Assembly: GCF_009914755.1 (NCBI RefSeq)
Contig: NC_060926.1
Strand: one strand, 5' to 3'
DNA: 64,000 nucleotides
DNA from: the human T2T-CHM13v2.0 reference genome, Homo sapiens
The notes beneath the pieces are model-generated. The model had not been told where the DNA came from. It ran no database searches and was given only the letters and a program-made list of their open reading frames with translations. Shown here piece after piece: positions 44,371 through 58,060 of this stretch; positions within the stretch are counted from its first letter, which is position 1, and each line of letters opens with the position of its first letter. The position numbers and the translations under genes were made by a program.

Positions 44371-47300
44371 CTACCTCTGGCTTTAGCTTGGATTTACCAA
44401 AGACAAGCAAGAAAAGGTGGAGGGGCAGGACCTGAACCCAGGCCTGGCTGAGACCCTGATGCCCCCCTCGGTCTGCACCTTGACTCCTCTCATCACGTGC
44501 GTGGTCCTTACTGCTGCTTGCTCACCCAAGCACAGACATCCTCAGCCCTTATGTTCTGGTCTTGCAGATGCTTTCTTATCTCAGGGGGTCCTTGCTCTCT
44601 GCCTCACCCTCTCTATATCTGATAGGACCAATCAGTCACCAGTTGATGCAGGACGCTCCCTCCAGGCAGTGCTCTCGTTCCGGGCAAGCTCACAGCTCTG
44701 ACAGGACTATGGTGGCTGCCTAGGGTCTGATAAGCCAAGGCCAGGGCAATGGTCACATGGCACTGAGGTGGGCAACCTGTGGTGCGTATGGCAGGTGCTC
44801 CGGGACTTCCAGGGAGGGGGTCATGTAACTGTAGATCTCAAGCTTAGCCAGTCTAGGAGAAAGTGAAAGTTGGGCGGGGGGCTCAGAAGAGCGGCTAGCT
44901 GGCAGCCTGAGTCACAGTCCAGTGGGATAACAGCATCGAACAAGAGGGAGAGAAGGACTGCCTGCATCTTGAACTCGGGATCCCAGGTCTGCCACTTTTC
45001 AAGCTATGTGGCTTTGGGCAAGTTACTTAACCACTCTGTGTCAGTTTCCTTATCTGTAAAGTGTTGATAACAATAGCTTGTACCTGCTTTGGATGAATCA
45101 TTCTGGAGAGTTTATGTGTTAGTCCATATAAAGCACTTCAAACAGCCAGGCAAGCAATAAATGTTAACTATAATAATTATTACATATACTTTTACATAAA
45201 TTTATTATAATCATTACTATTAACATATATTGTACATGTACTAAGAAATAATTGTACACATCCACAAAGGCTTTCAATGTCTTTTTTGCTTGGTGAATTC
45301 TATCCTCAGCTTTGTTTCTCCATCCACTGTCCTGCCAGGCTGGACACAACAGGCCAAGTGGTGGGTGGCCGTCTGTCTGCCCCCAGGGACACTGGGCCTG
45401 TCTTCTCTGGCTGCCCCTCCTAGAGCAGTCCCTTCTGAGGCGAAGTCATTTGGCCACCTGCCTGATGGCTGGCAGTGGCCCTCACTGGGGTACTTTCTCT
45501 TTCTGGGAACAAGTATTCCTCTGGTGACTCACTAGCAGCCCACAAACCTCTTCAGTCCCTCTCCCCAGGCCAAACTCACTTTCTTTCTCTACTTCCTGCA
45601 TGCTAGTCTCTTTCCAGATTGGTCCACTAGCATGGGATGTTAGCAGAGAGAGCGTTCACATCTACTGTGGATGTGCTGTGCCCCAAGCACTGTGCTGGAG
45701 TTGCTAGTGTTTTGTTTAATCCTCCCAACACCGCTGCAAACTGTCCTCATTCTTTTGATTGCACAGAAGTGGAAACAGACACTGAAAGGTCCAATCACAT
45801 GCCTCAGGTCACACCACTAGGAAAGGGTGGCCTGGGACAGAAGCCCAGGACTGTCTGATTGTTTCCACTATGCACGATTTCTCCCCTGACAGGCCCTAAT
45901 CATGGCTGTGGTCAGAACCAGGACTGCATGTGGGTTCTACCCTCTTGCTGGATACACAGGTCCCCTGTCAATTCCACCTGGTGGACTGGGATATCCGCCG
46001 GACACATATTCTTAAATGAATGTGAAGGGAGAGGGAAGAAGGCCTCATCTATACTTCCGGAAGCCTTTGGACATTGACAAATATGCCCTGAAGGAGTCCT
46101 GTCAACTCATGTAGAATGTTCCTCTAAAGGTCAGTGTCACTGAGCAGAGAGGCAAGGTTTGTTTGCCTCCTGGCACCCCATGTTTAAGTCTTGGGAAACA
46201 CAAAGGACCAGCTAACATTAGGAGAATGTGGCCAGAGGAGAACTGGCCCAACTCCAGCAGCAAGAGATGATTAGAAGCATGCCTTCCTCGATGGTCAGGA
46301 AGGTAGGGCCACAAATAAGTAGTGACAGGGGTCACAAACTCATGCACTTCCAGAAACGTGGCAGGTGGACTAAGATCAAGCTGGAGGGGAAATCCTATGT
46401 GCATACTGGGAGTGAGCTGAGGGGGGGACACCTGGTCTACAGGTGCCAGACGGTCAGTGTTAGGTGGAAAATCTAGGCCCAGGTGCCACATTCTCTGATT
46501 TTTTTCAAGAGAAGCTGTAAATCCAGATTTATACGGAAAAGTCTTCTAATATTTAAGGTACAATTTTGTTATAAAACATTGTACTGATTAAAGACAACAT
46601 GTCTGTGGGCTGGATGTGTCCCAGAGAACACCAGTGACCGCTTCTGAGACACAGTATTTCATTCAATCCTGGAGACCTTGGGCCTGGGCTCTCTGGAGGG
46701 CAGAGAGCCAGTGTCCTCTCCCTTGGGCTCATCAGGCAGCACCTGTCATCAGTGACTACAGGATGGAGTGAGTGGGAGAGCTTTAGTCCCCTTCCCCCTT
46801 AACCTCTGTCAGCCCCGAAACACTGCAATAAGCATGAAACTCAGTTTCCAAACAGGCCCCTCAAGCCCTTCCTTCCAGGCTATGGCTCCTAAGCTGGCCC
46901 CATCACCTTTACAGTGGGGCTGGAGTAGCCTGGGGTCCCGAGGAGCTGCCCTCACCTGAAGCCTCAGGTGGGATGCAGATCTAGCTATTTGTAAACAAGC
47001 CCTAACTAACATTGGTATAAGCATGATGGTCTCTCCACTCACATAATAGTTGAATGTAGACAGTCCTGACTGGTAAGACTCTGACCCACAGGCTGTCCAG
47101 GACCCCAGCTCCTCCTGTTTTATTGCTCTGTTATCCCCAGAAGTTCCCTTTGACAACGTGGTCCATGATGGCGCACGCCTCTGTCTATATTCCAGCCAGA
47201 GGGGAAAGGGGGCCGGGGAGGCGTGCCGCTTCCCTTTAAGGACATATCCAGGCAGTTATATACAGCCCTTCTGCTCATATTCTGTTGGTCATCAATTAGT

Positions 47301-48926
47301 CTCCTGGCTACATTCAGCTATGAGGGAGGCTGGGAAATGTTTTTATTTGGGTGACCATGTACCCAAGTAAAGTGCTGTGGAAAATTTCTGTGGATGAAGG
47401 GGAGAACATATACTGGGAGGTGGAGGTCAGGTCTCAGCCACACTCTCCATTAGAACTTAATTCCTGATAATGTCCCCTCGGGAGGAAGCCCTATTGAGTT
47501 ACTAGGCCTCAGTATGAAGTCTGCAAGGGAACAGTCAGTTATCTGATTAGGGAGAAGTCCAGGTCAGTGAACATCAGCCAGACTAGGAAGTTGGAGGCTG
47601 GGATGAAAAGGAGGCCTCAGGAAGTGTCCAGGGGTCAGATCACCAGCAGTTGCTTTTCTGATTTGCAGAACAGATGTGGGGAGACCCTTTTCCTTGGATG
47701 CAAGCCAAGGGAAGGCAGAAGTCCCTTGGAATGTTCCTATGGAGGTATTAGTTATACCCCCTACAGATTTCCATTTCCTGTGGTGACTCTGAAGGACTGG
47801 AGCTGGGGTAGGGTGGGGTATGATAGGGGCAAAAGCAAAGCCAGGAATCATTGTGATAGACAGGAAAAAAAAAAAAAAAAGAAAAAGAAAAAGAAAAAAA
47901 GCTTTGTAATATCCAAAAGTCCCTCTAGGGGGCAGTACTATCCCCTTTGAGAACCACTGGCTGAACTCACCAGTGGGCAGAACCCACACCCGGGAGCCAC
48001 GTGCAGTGTCCACTATACCAATGCCAGGCCAGTCCTGTACTACACGCTGGGAATACCTGGGTCACTAAGACAGACTTGGTCTCTCCCCTCGTTGACCAAC
48101 TCCACAGTCTAGCTAGACACGAAACGGGTGATTACGCTAATAGTTATTCCTGACCATTGTGATGCGTGCTAAGAAGGAAAAGGGCTGCTGTGCAGTCATT
48201 TGCCAGAGGGACCCGTCTAGACCCCAGGATATCAGGGACTGCTTTCCTGGAGAGGTGATCTTTAAGCTGAGGCCTGAAGTATGAATAGGTGGTTCTGCAA
48301 AGAAAGAGAAGAAGGCAGCTGGAGGCAGAGAGAACAGCGGACCTCAGAGCTGAGAGGGAGCTTGGCATATTCTAGAAACTGACGAGGCACCGGAGCTAGA
48401 GCTAGGAGAGCGAGAGGTGGAATGGCCTTGCCCTTTGGCCCGAGGAAATGAATCTGGGCTTCATCCCAAGAGCACAGGAGGCCTTTGGATAAACCTCCCA
48501 AGAGGCTTTTAGCAGGAGATTGACCTGATCATATTTAAGATCACCTGGCTGCAGTGTGGATAATGGGTCAGACATAGCCAGAGTGATGATGTGATGAGGC
48601 GACTGACCAGCTAGGAGGCACCTGCAGTGGCCTGGGCAGGAGAGGGTGGTGGTAAGACTTGGTGGAGTCACTTGGATGCTGTGGGCACACAGATGGTACC
48701 AAAGTCACAGGGGTCAGTAAGGATGATTTAGGCTGCAAGCAACTGAAATCCTGGCTTAAATAGACTTAAATGAGCAGAGAGGCAAGGTTTGTTTGCCTCC
48801 TGGACACCCCATGTTTAAGCCTTGGGAAAATCAATTTATTAAATGCTAAGTAGTCTTAAGGGGATCAGCTCACTTAACTGGTGTCCAGAGACCCAGTGAG
48901 CTCTGGGCATATAGACTATACAACTC

Positions 48927-50520
48927 TGTCACAGGATCCTAAGGGTGTTGCTTTTTCCAGCTGGAAACCTCTGTGGCTGGTAGCACCTTTGCCTGAATTT
49001 TGCTTGGGCCCACTGGGCTCCTTCTGCCCACTCAGCCTGGCAGGCTGTGCTCAGCTCTCAGTACCAGCCCTGATCCCACGCCTGCGAAGGGCGAGCCAGG
49101 CACTGAACAGCAAGGGGTGTGTGAGTGAGTGCAGGGTCCAGCCACTGCGCACAGCCAGGCATGCCAGCTGTGGTGGGGCAGGCAGCTCCAGGTGCTGGTA
49201 CAGGCACTGGCTCTGTGCCAGGCTGCGGCTGGGCCAGGCATACTGGAAGGGGCTTCCACTGTGGCTACTGGGGAATGTGGTGGTGCCCAGAAGCTTGGAG
49301 GCACCAGGAACTGCAGAGCCCCAAAGAGGGTGTCACAGCCATGTCACCCCTAGGTCTGGGCTCCCCAAAGTGCTGAAGCTTTATCTCGTTCTCGTTGCCT
49401 GCAACATGGCGAGCAGGGTTGGGGTGGGGGGCAGGCTGTTTCAGCCTTGTTTGTCTTACAGCTCTTTCAGTCCTGCTGTTCAGTGGGTCCTGGGTCCTTG
49501 TCCTATGTCCAGGAAGAATAGGTACACAGACAACTGGATGGTGAGCAAGGTGGAGAGAGCTTCACTGAGTGACAGAACAGCTCTCAGGAAACCCGAAGTG
49601 GGTAGTTCCTTTCTGCAGGCAGGTCCTCCTGATAAGTGTCTAGCTTTCAGCAGAGAGGAGACCCACATAGGGTAGCTCGTCACCGCAGGCAGGTCTTCCC
49701 GACAAGTGGAGGAGACCTGACCTGGAGTGGGTAGTTCCTTCCTGTACCTGGTAGTCCCAACATCTGTCTGAGTCTAGCTGAGTCCTGGGATTTTATGGGC
49801 TCAGAAGGGAGGAAGTGTGTGCTGTTTGGTCCATGGGTGACCAGGAGCAGGCTGGGGGAAAAAGCACCATAAGTTCTCACTCTGGGCTGAGGACTCCACC
49901 TGGAACTGGCAGCCCAGCCCCCAGGCTTCAGGCCATCCCTGGCTTGTAGGTGGGGTTTCACTGAGGACCCACCCCTTTCTGCCCAGGAGCCTGTCTGCCT
50001 CCTGCTGCCATCAACATGTCGTCTAGGGCACCTAGGCTGTTCATGCAGAGGGGTGCTTGCAGTTCCAGGTGGAGCTACCCCTCAGCTTCCCTCCTGAGCT
50101 TGTCAGTGCTCAAAGTCTGGAGGGGGTTGAGGCAGCAGGGGGCTGGCATCTCAGTGCCACCACAAGTGTGCACACATCTGGCTGGGTTGCAACAGCATGT
50201 GGGCTTGGACACAACTTTGCTCCACCCTGGAGTGGGTGACTGGAGTTGGGAGAGGCCAGAGATGGGGCGAAAGCACTTCTGAGCCTGCAAGCTTCCTGGG
50301 CCCCAGAGAGTGCAGGGATGCCTGGATCTGGGGCCGCAGCCAAACGGCTGCAGCTGTGCCTGGGAGCTTGGGGCTCCCACCCCACCAACTTGGTAGGGGG
50401 CGGGGCTCCCACCTGTTCCCAGCCCCCACCGGCTCTGCAGAGTGCACAACACTGGCCAGACTCTCCACTGCAGCCCACGTCTTGGCAGTGGCCACTCCAG
50501 ATGGGCCGCTGCTGCCAGCA
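48927..50520 (-). mobile_element. MER52-type (ERV1) solo LTR, ~1.6 kb, 4-bp TSD ACTC
   Basis: Ends tgtcacaggatcctaagggtg... and ...gccgctgctgccagca, with actc on both sides (48923-48926, 50521-50524). Explains the many GC-rich ORFs here. Confidence 0.82.
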
Positions 50521-51139
50521 ACTCCATAGTATCATCCTGTACCCAGGCAGGCTCCATGTTTCTCTCTGATCTGCTGTCCATGATGTCTGCTATGTCCTCA
50601 ACTGGTCAGCAATTGGATCTGCAAGCTTCCTTATGCACACAAAGCAGGAGAGGGAGTTGGGCTTCTCTATTCATGGCATATAAATCTGTCTTTCCAGGGG
50701 AACAACTTAGGACACATACCTCTAGCTAGACCAATAGCCGTTGCCAAGAAATATGCTCAGATAGAGTGGGATCCATCCTGGAGCTGGGGCTGCATAACTG
50801 AGCAGTCAGGTTCTGCTAGAAGGGAAGGGGGTCTGGATGGATGTTGAGGGAATCAAATGTCCGCCTCATCTTGAGGGGAGAAGAGAAGGGTAGAGCTGGG
50901 AGGAAGCAGCAAGGGTCCAAGCAGCTAGAGAAGGCGTTGTGATGAGAACAGGCTCAGACTCTCCTCTCTTTCCTTTTCCCCACCCCCATGCTCATCCTAG
51001 CTCTGTCCTTTACCGACCTTCCACTTCTTGGGAGCTGTAGATGTGGTTGCCACCCTCTGTGGTCTCTACCCCTTGACTGGAAGCTCCCTGAGGGCAGGGA
51101 TGTGACTTATTCCCAGCAAGTCAGAGGTGATGGGTGAAT

Positions 51140-52400
51140 GTTTATTCTTTCAGTCCATCATTTAGAAAGAATTTATGGAGACCATGCTTTGCACCAGGTG
51201 CTGTTTCAGGCACTGAGGAAACAGCAGTGGACAAAACAGACAAAAACCCCTGGCTCCTTGGAGCAGACATTCTGATGGGGAAGACAGAAAACAATTAAGA
51301 CACATGTGCTATACAGTGATTGGTGCTAGAGAAGAAGCCTGAAAGGGAGATGAAAGAGGGAAAGTTGTGGTGTTCAGTTGTGTGGCCGGGTTGGTCTCAC
51401 TGGAGTTGATATCTGAAGGAAAGGAAGACATGCCAGCCAGAGGGAACAGCTGACAGAGACCCTGGGGAGGCGCTGGTCTGGCCTGTCTGGGGAACAGCTG
51501 GAAGGCTAGCATGGGTCCTGGGGAGGTCAGAGAGGTCAGCCAGGGCTTTCAAGGTCACGTAAGGGGAGAGTGGCTGGAGAGGAGGTCAGCGAGGTCAGCC
51601 AGGGCTTTCAAGGTCACGTAAGGCCTTTGAGTTTTGCACTGAGTGAGATGGGAGCCAACGGAAGACTTTGAGTAGAACCAGGTCATGAGAATTGAATTGA
51701 GGATAGACCATGGGGACAAGGGCAGAGCAGGAGACGCATTGGGAGTCCATGGAGTCGATTAAATGACTCAGGCAAGGGATGACAGGCTTCCACTGGGGGC
51801 AGTTACAATGGAGATGGTGAGATATGGTGGGATTTTGGACATATTTTGAAGGAGAGTGGGAGGGGGATTTGCAGTTTTGGTGACCTGGTGGGGTTGAAGG
51901 TGTCACTGGGTGGGTTCAAGAGAGAATGGAGGAGGGAGATTGGAGACAGAAAGTATGGAGAGCTCCTTCAAAGGGCATTGTTGTGAAAAGGGAGAAATGA
52001 CCAGTAGCTGAAGGGGATGTGGGGTCAACGGTGTGCTTTCTTGAGAGCAATAACATCATGCTTGTGTGCCGATGGGATGATCCGGTAAACAGGGGAACTT
52101 GGTAAGGCAAGAGAGTGAGAGAATCACTGCAGGCTCACCACTGAATGGGCGAGAGGGGATGGGGTCTATGCCCAAGTGTCCAGTTGTTACCAGTGGGGAG
52201 TACGGGTGATTCATTTGTAGGAACAGGAGAGAACTCACAGGATTTGGGCACAGATGCCGAGGGCGGGCGTTAGAAGGAGACTGGGGACCTGAAGAAGTTC
52301 TCTGCTCCGTAAAGAGGAAGCAAACTGAGAGTGAGGTTGGGCGATGGGGTGTCCTAGGGGCATCCGGGAGACAGGGAGACAAGACATATAGTATGATTGC
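51140..52400. mobile_element. L2 LINE relic
   Basis: caggtgctgtttcaggcactgaggaaacagcagtggacaaaacagacaaaaaccc...gagatggtgag...gattttggacatattttgaagg. Confidence 0.7.
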
Positions 52401-52929
52401 CCCCAGCAGTGAGGGCTCGCTTGAGTTAAGGGTCATGACTACAAAAGGCACCACTCAGGCCGGCTGTGTTACTCTCCAACACAGCACTGGTTGGGGGCAG
52501 GTGTGGAGGAGGCGGAGTTGGATTCGCCAGGGTTATGGCTTAGCCCTGTGAGAATGCTGTATCCCTCAAAATAAGAGAGGGGAAAGGGAGTTGAGATTTT
52601 GCGCAGCAGTGCGTTTAGGCTGAGTGAGCAGGTTGGTTAGTGAGGACTTGGGCGGTGGGAAGACGGACAGTGCCCTGACAGGGGCTAGGTGCTGGAGTGC
52701 TGGGGGATAGAAGTGCGAAGCCAGGGCCCCTGTGTCAAGAAGTTCATACGCTGGAAAGGAACCAGACATAATAAGCGAAACGACTGTCACCGTTCATGGC
52801 TTACACCTTGAACAGCTTTCCACTGTGGAGACTAGGGAGTGTAGAGATTGTTGGGGATGGGGGACTTGCAGGGGACAGAATGGGCCGCAGCTGGACCCTA
52901 GTTCTCCAGGGAACGCAGTATGATTTGAA

Positions 52930-54050
52930 TACAGATCTCTGCCTCCAGAGATGAGTGACTCGACACCGCTGCGGAGAAGGCTCCGAGGAGGGTTGGTGGG
53001 GACTCGAACCTCGGAGTCTCTCCCGACCCGGGGGTCCCAGCAAACCAGAACGGCCACCTAGACAGCCTGCGGACGGGAGAGGACCGGCTCCCTGGCGCAG
53101 ATCATGGGGCAGGTGGAGAGAGGCGAGAGGCAATGAGGCGGGGGGCTCGGGGTGCACGGCACGCTCCGCACACTCCCCCTTCAGCGCTCACTCAGACTTG
53201 GTTTCCCCGAAGACACACTCTCGTCCCCGCCGCTGATTGCCCACTCCTTCCGCCTGCACTCCTGCCTCCTTCTCACCCTTTCGTCGAGCGCACAGGGCGG
53301 CTGCCAAGTCGGCACCGGTGCGCACCGGGCCCGGGATCCCTGGCTGGTGTGGAGCCTTGGTCACCGGAGGCCCCCGCGGAGCAGGCCCCACGGCGCCTTG
53401 TGCGCTCTCGGAGGCCGAGCTGCGCGCCCGCGTCAGCGGCGCCTCGTTCCTGGCCGGGAGCTGGGACCCGCGGAGCTAGGGACCAGCACCCCCACAGGCG
53501 CCCGTCTGACCCCTGTCCCTCCCCGCCCGCCGCGGGCAGGGCGGATCTGGGTAGGGGCCGGAGGGGGAGGGTCCGCCCAGCGGGTGTCCGGTGTCCTCCC
53601 TGCAGCCTCTCCCAGGCATTGGTCACTTCTCCGCGGAGGAGCAGCGAAGGCGACAGCTCTCTTGGCGCGGCTGCCTGGGAGCCGGGCGCTTGCTGGGTGG
53701 GTGCTCGGGCCCGGTGCTCCCGCTCCCGCCCTGACTGCGCGCCTGTGTGCCGCCGGGGCTGCCCAGCCATGCTGTGCTGCCTGCTGGTGAGGGCCAGCAA
53801 CCTCCCCAGTGCGAAGAAGGACCGGCGCAGCGACCCTGTCGCAAGCCTGACTTTCCGAGGTGAGAGCCCCGTGGCTGCCGCGCCCATGCTCGGGTGCTAC
53901 CCGACTCTCGGCGCTCACTGGCGGGTCTGAAGCCCCTGCTCCGGAGCTAACCCTAGTCCAGGCCACAGTTTCTCCCTTTGTCAGCAGGGACGGAAATCCC
54001 AGCCCCGACTTCTGCAGGGGGGCGATGAGGAATAAGCAGAGCACAATAAA
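52930..54050 (+). promoter_or_regulatory. DYSF: CpG island: alternative promoter of DYSF_v1
   Basis: Very high CpG density, Sp1 boxes, CCAAT (attgg at 53618) upstream of the second first exon. Confidence 0.88.
53769..53859 (+). CDS. DYSF: Dysferlin alternative first exon (DYSF_v1) coding part (91 nt; MLCCLLVRASNLPSAKKDRRSDPVASLTFR-G)
   Basis: gccATG Kozak; CGAG|gtgaga donor, phase 1 like canonical exon 1; recognised C2Av1 N-terminus. Confidence 0.96.
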
Positions 54051-57000
54051 TGCCACAGGGCTTTGAAAAATTGGAAAAGCGAAAGTGCCGTAGGTCAGCG
54101 GTTATCACTTTTCTAAGACTGACACCCAGAGGAAATAAAGTCCGAGCTTTTACTGGGTAGTGGGGATAAGGGTAAGTTGGAAGATGGGTGCAGAAGGTAG
54201 AGAGGAATCAGGGCCTCTGAAAAACGGGGCGTGTAGATGATGTGCTTTGAAAGTTGTGTCTTTTTTCATTCATTCATTCATTCATTCACCCATCTTTATC
54301 CAACATTGGCTGTATTGAATCTGCCCCGTCTTAATCAGTAGGAAAAGGAACAGAATAGGATGGAAATGGCCTTGACACAAGGAGTTTTGAGGAATGTCAA
54401 GGATATTTTCTCTAAATTCAAGAAGCTAAGTCCCTACATGTAGTGCTTAGAATACATACAGGTATTTCTGTGTGGGGCAGCAGAGAAATCACACACACAC
54501 TCCTCTTCTCACCAGGCGTCCTGAACCCCCTCCCCCAACCCCTCCAAGGCAGATTCCCACTGGAGCGGGTGTCTCAGGAGGGGAAAGGGAAGAGGAAGGA
54601 TCTGTCAAAATTAAGAGAAGGAACAATAGCTGGGAGTCAGGACCCCAGTTCTGCAGAGAAAGATAAATCAGGAGAGGAAAGAGGGTTTCCACTTAGCCAG
54701 GAGCCATACCCTGTAGCTTTGTGGAATCGATAATAATAATAATAAAAATCTACGTATCAGAAAAGATAGTCAAATGAAGAAGGAAGAGTAGCTGGTGTTT
54801 TCATAAGCCTCCTTCAGTGCAGGCACCAAGGGAACTCTTTTCAGTCTGACCCATGATCTGAATCATATCTCCAAGCACCCCCAAGATAATGATAGATGAA
54901 AGACATGATTTGGCAAAGGGAGATTTATGTGTAGCTTTTATTCTTTGCTGTGGGACAAGTTATATGTATTCCTCTTTTGAAAGATGTGATTTGAAACGTT
55001 TAAGAAAATTTCACTATTTTCATTGATTGGTGACATGCCTGGGAGTTCACTATGCAAGAGCAACTTCAAGACAAAGTCTTTCCTTCTCCAGTGTCCACCT
55101 GATGCTGCCTAAGGCTTTGCTATGCAGAAATTGCGGTGTCACCATTGGCTGGAAAAGAAATTCCCTAAGGACACTGGGCAGGGCACACATTAGCATAGGG
55201 CTCTGGATGCTCTAACACTCGTTTGGGTCTGCTCACAGCTCTTTCCCTTGTCCTGTAACAGTCCTGTGGTGGCTACCAATGTCTCCATTCTGCAAATAAG
55301 GAAATTGAAACCCAGGGAAGTTAAATGTGTTCAGGTCAGTGGTCATGGCAGGGAGCTACCAGCGCTTGGAGTGGGTATTGCCCTTGAGTCGGGAAGATGA
55401 CCAAATCCCTTGAGGCCCCTCTTTACTATTGCCCTCGCCCAAGTACCCCGAACACGTGCAGCTGCTATCTCCCCCCAGATCTCTGTATTCCTTCTTTGTA
55501 ATGCCTTACTATTTATTTGCACTGATGATCTCCTCGGAAAACAGAAATACCATACAATAGAATGTAACATCTCCAACCGTTTCAAGTCTATTTGTATTTC
55601 AAAGCCCAGGGCAATGCCACCTTCTCCAGGAGGACACCCTGGATCCCCCTGGCTCTCAAGAGTCTCTCCTCTCTGGATGACAAGCAGCAGCACCTTGCTA
55701 GGGATGCTAGCACCCTCGCCCTGACTGGCCTGTGCTCAGCTCCATGCTTAGGTGCCTTGAGAGCAGTGACCTGTCCTATTTGTTCATTGGTTTGTCCCAG
55801 TGCTGAGCACAAGTAGGTGCTCTCTAGTGTTTGTGCGCTTTCTGGCCCAGCCTCTAGCCATCCTCCAGGTGTGCCTGGGAGCTTCATTTAGTCTGGGACA
55901 TGGTCCGCTCACTTGATTGTTCCTGAGAATCACTTGTAGAACGTGTTTGAGAAACAGATTCCAGAGTCCCCATCTGTAGAGGTTCCGATGCAGCAGGTCT
56001 GGAAGGTGACCTAAGAATCAGCACTTAACAAATACCCGATGCAGGTTATTTTGGAACCGCATCTTGGGAAAAATGGGTCTGAGATGTGATGGCAGGTGAA
56101 ATTAATGCGCTCCCCATTGCGGGAGCATTCACTGGGGAGTTTGGGGCTGAGTTGATGCCTAAGGAGGGAAACCGTTAGAACCAGGTTCAGAACTTACAGA
56201 GCATGTAGGCTGGGGGGACTCAACTCTGGCTGCAGGTCAACATTGTGTGTGGGAGCTTCACCAAAGACCACTGCCAACCTCCCTGCCTGCCTTTTCTGAA
56301 GCCAGATCCCTTCCGGTGGGGCCCCAGGCATAGGTGTTGTTTCTGTCAAATTTCCAGGTGTTTTGAATGTGCAGTCAGGGTTGAGAACCACTGAGCCCAG
56401 CTCCTCATGGCACAGATGGGACAGTGGCCTGCTTGCAGAGAAGCCAGCCTGCACTGTGTGTTTGGCTCCTACAGGCAGCCTGAAATGTATGGGGCTGGGC
56501 TGGCCCCACTTTCCTTGCAGTTGTTCCCTGTCTCGGATGTAATTTCAGGACCTGCCTCCCAAAATAGACTATGAGCTCTGGGAGGCTGGACTCTGAGGGC
56601 AATTTTTTGGCTTCCCTGTCTAAGCACCTCTATTAATAGTAGAGGCTACTAATGAATACTTCTCATTCTTTTGTTTTTCTATTAATTAATTCATTAACTA
56701 AAACTACCATGAGTAACTGGGCCATAGTAGATATTTTTGACTGATTGTGTCAACGAGCAGCTTAATTTCCTATAGCATTTAATTGTCTGTACTTCTTTTC
56801 TGCCCTGCCCATTTTCCATTCCTTAATGTGATTATTTATATCCCTCTATTCATGCAGTTAGTTCATTGAACAAATATTTACTGAGTACCTACTACGTGCC
56901 TGGTGCTTTTCTAGGTGCTTGGATGCATACAAGAACAAAACCAGATCCCTACTGCTTTAAAGCTGAAACATCTTATTTCCTTGAAGGCCAGATCTGCTGC

Positions 57001-57316
57001 GTCCCCACTTGGTGAATTTCTGCCCTGTGTCATCAGCCAGGAACCCAGAAGTCATTACTGACACTTCCCTCTCTCTCATCCTGTCAGGGCGTCTCCTCCT
57101 CCAGCCTCCCCCTCCCACCTCTTCTCTTCTTGATCTCCTGGGGGTCTCTAGATTTGGGGCAGGAGTTGGGGGATCTTATAGAACTAGTTGGAGGTGGATT
57201 CCTGTCGTCAGGGAACACTCTTAACTCACCTATGTAGGGAAAGTGGGCTGAAGGCCCCGGACTCTCTGAACCTAGCTGTTTACATATTACAAATGACTTA
57301 AAATATTGAAAACAGC

Positions 57317-58060
<744 letters not shown>

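Noticed and set aside
48881-50729. Cluster of long overlapping ORFs (up to 264 aa)
   Set aside because: They fall inside the GC-rich MER52 LTR and show no recognisable protein features.
52800-54066. Multiple 200+ aa ORFs on both strands
   Set aside because: Expected from stop-codon depletion in a CpG island; only the DYSF_v1 exon is supported.
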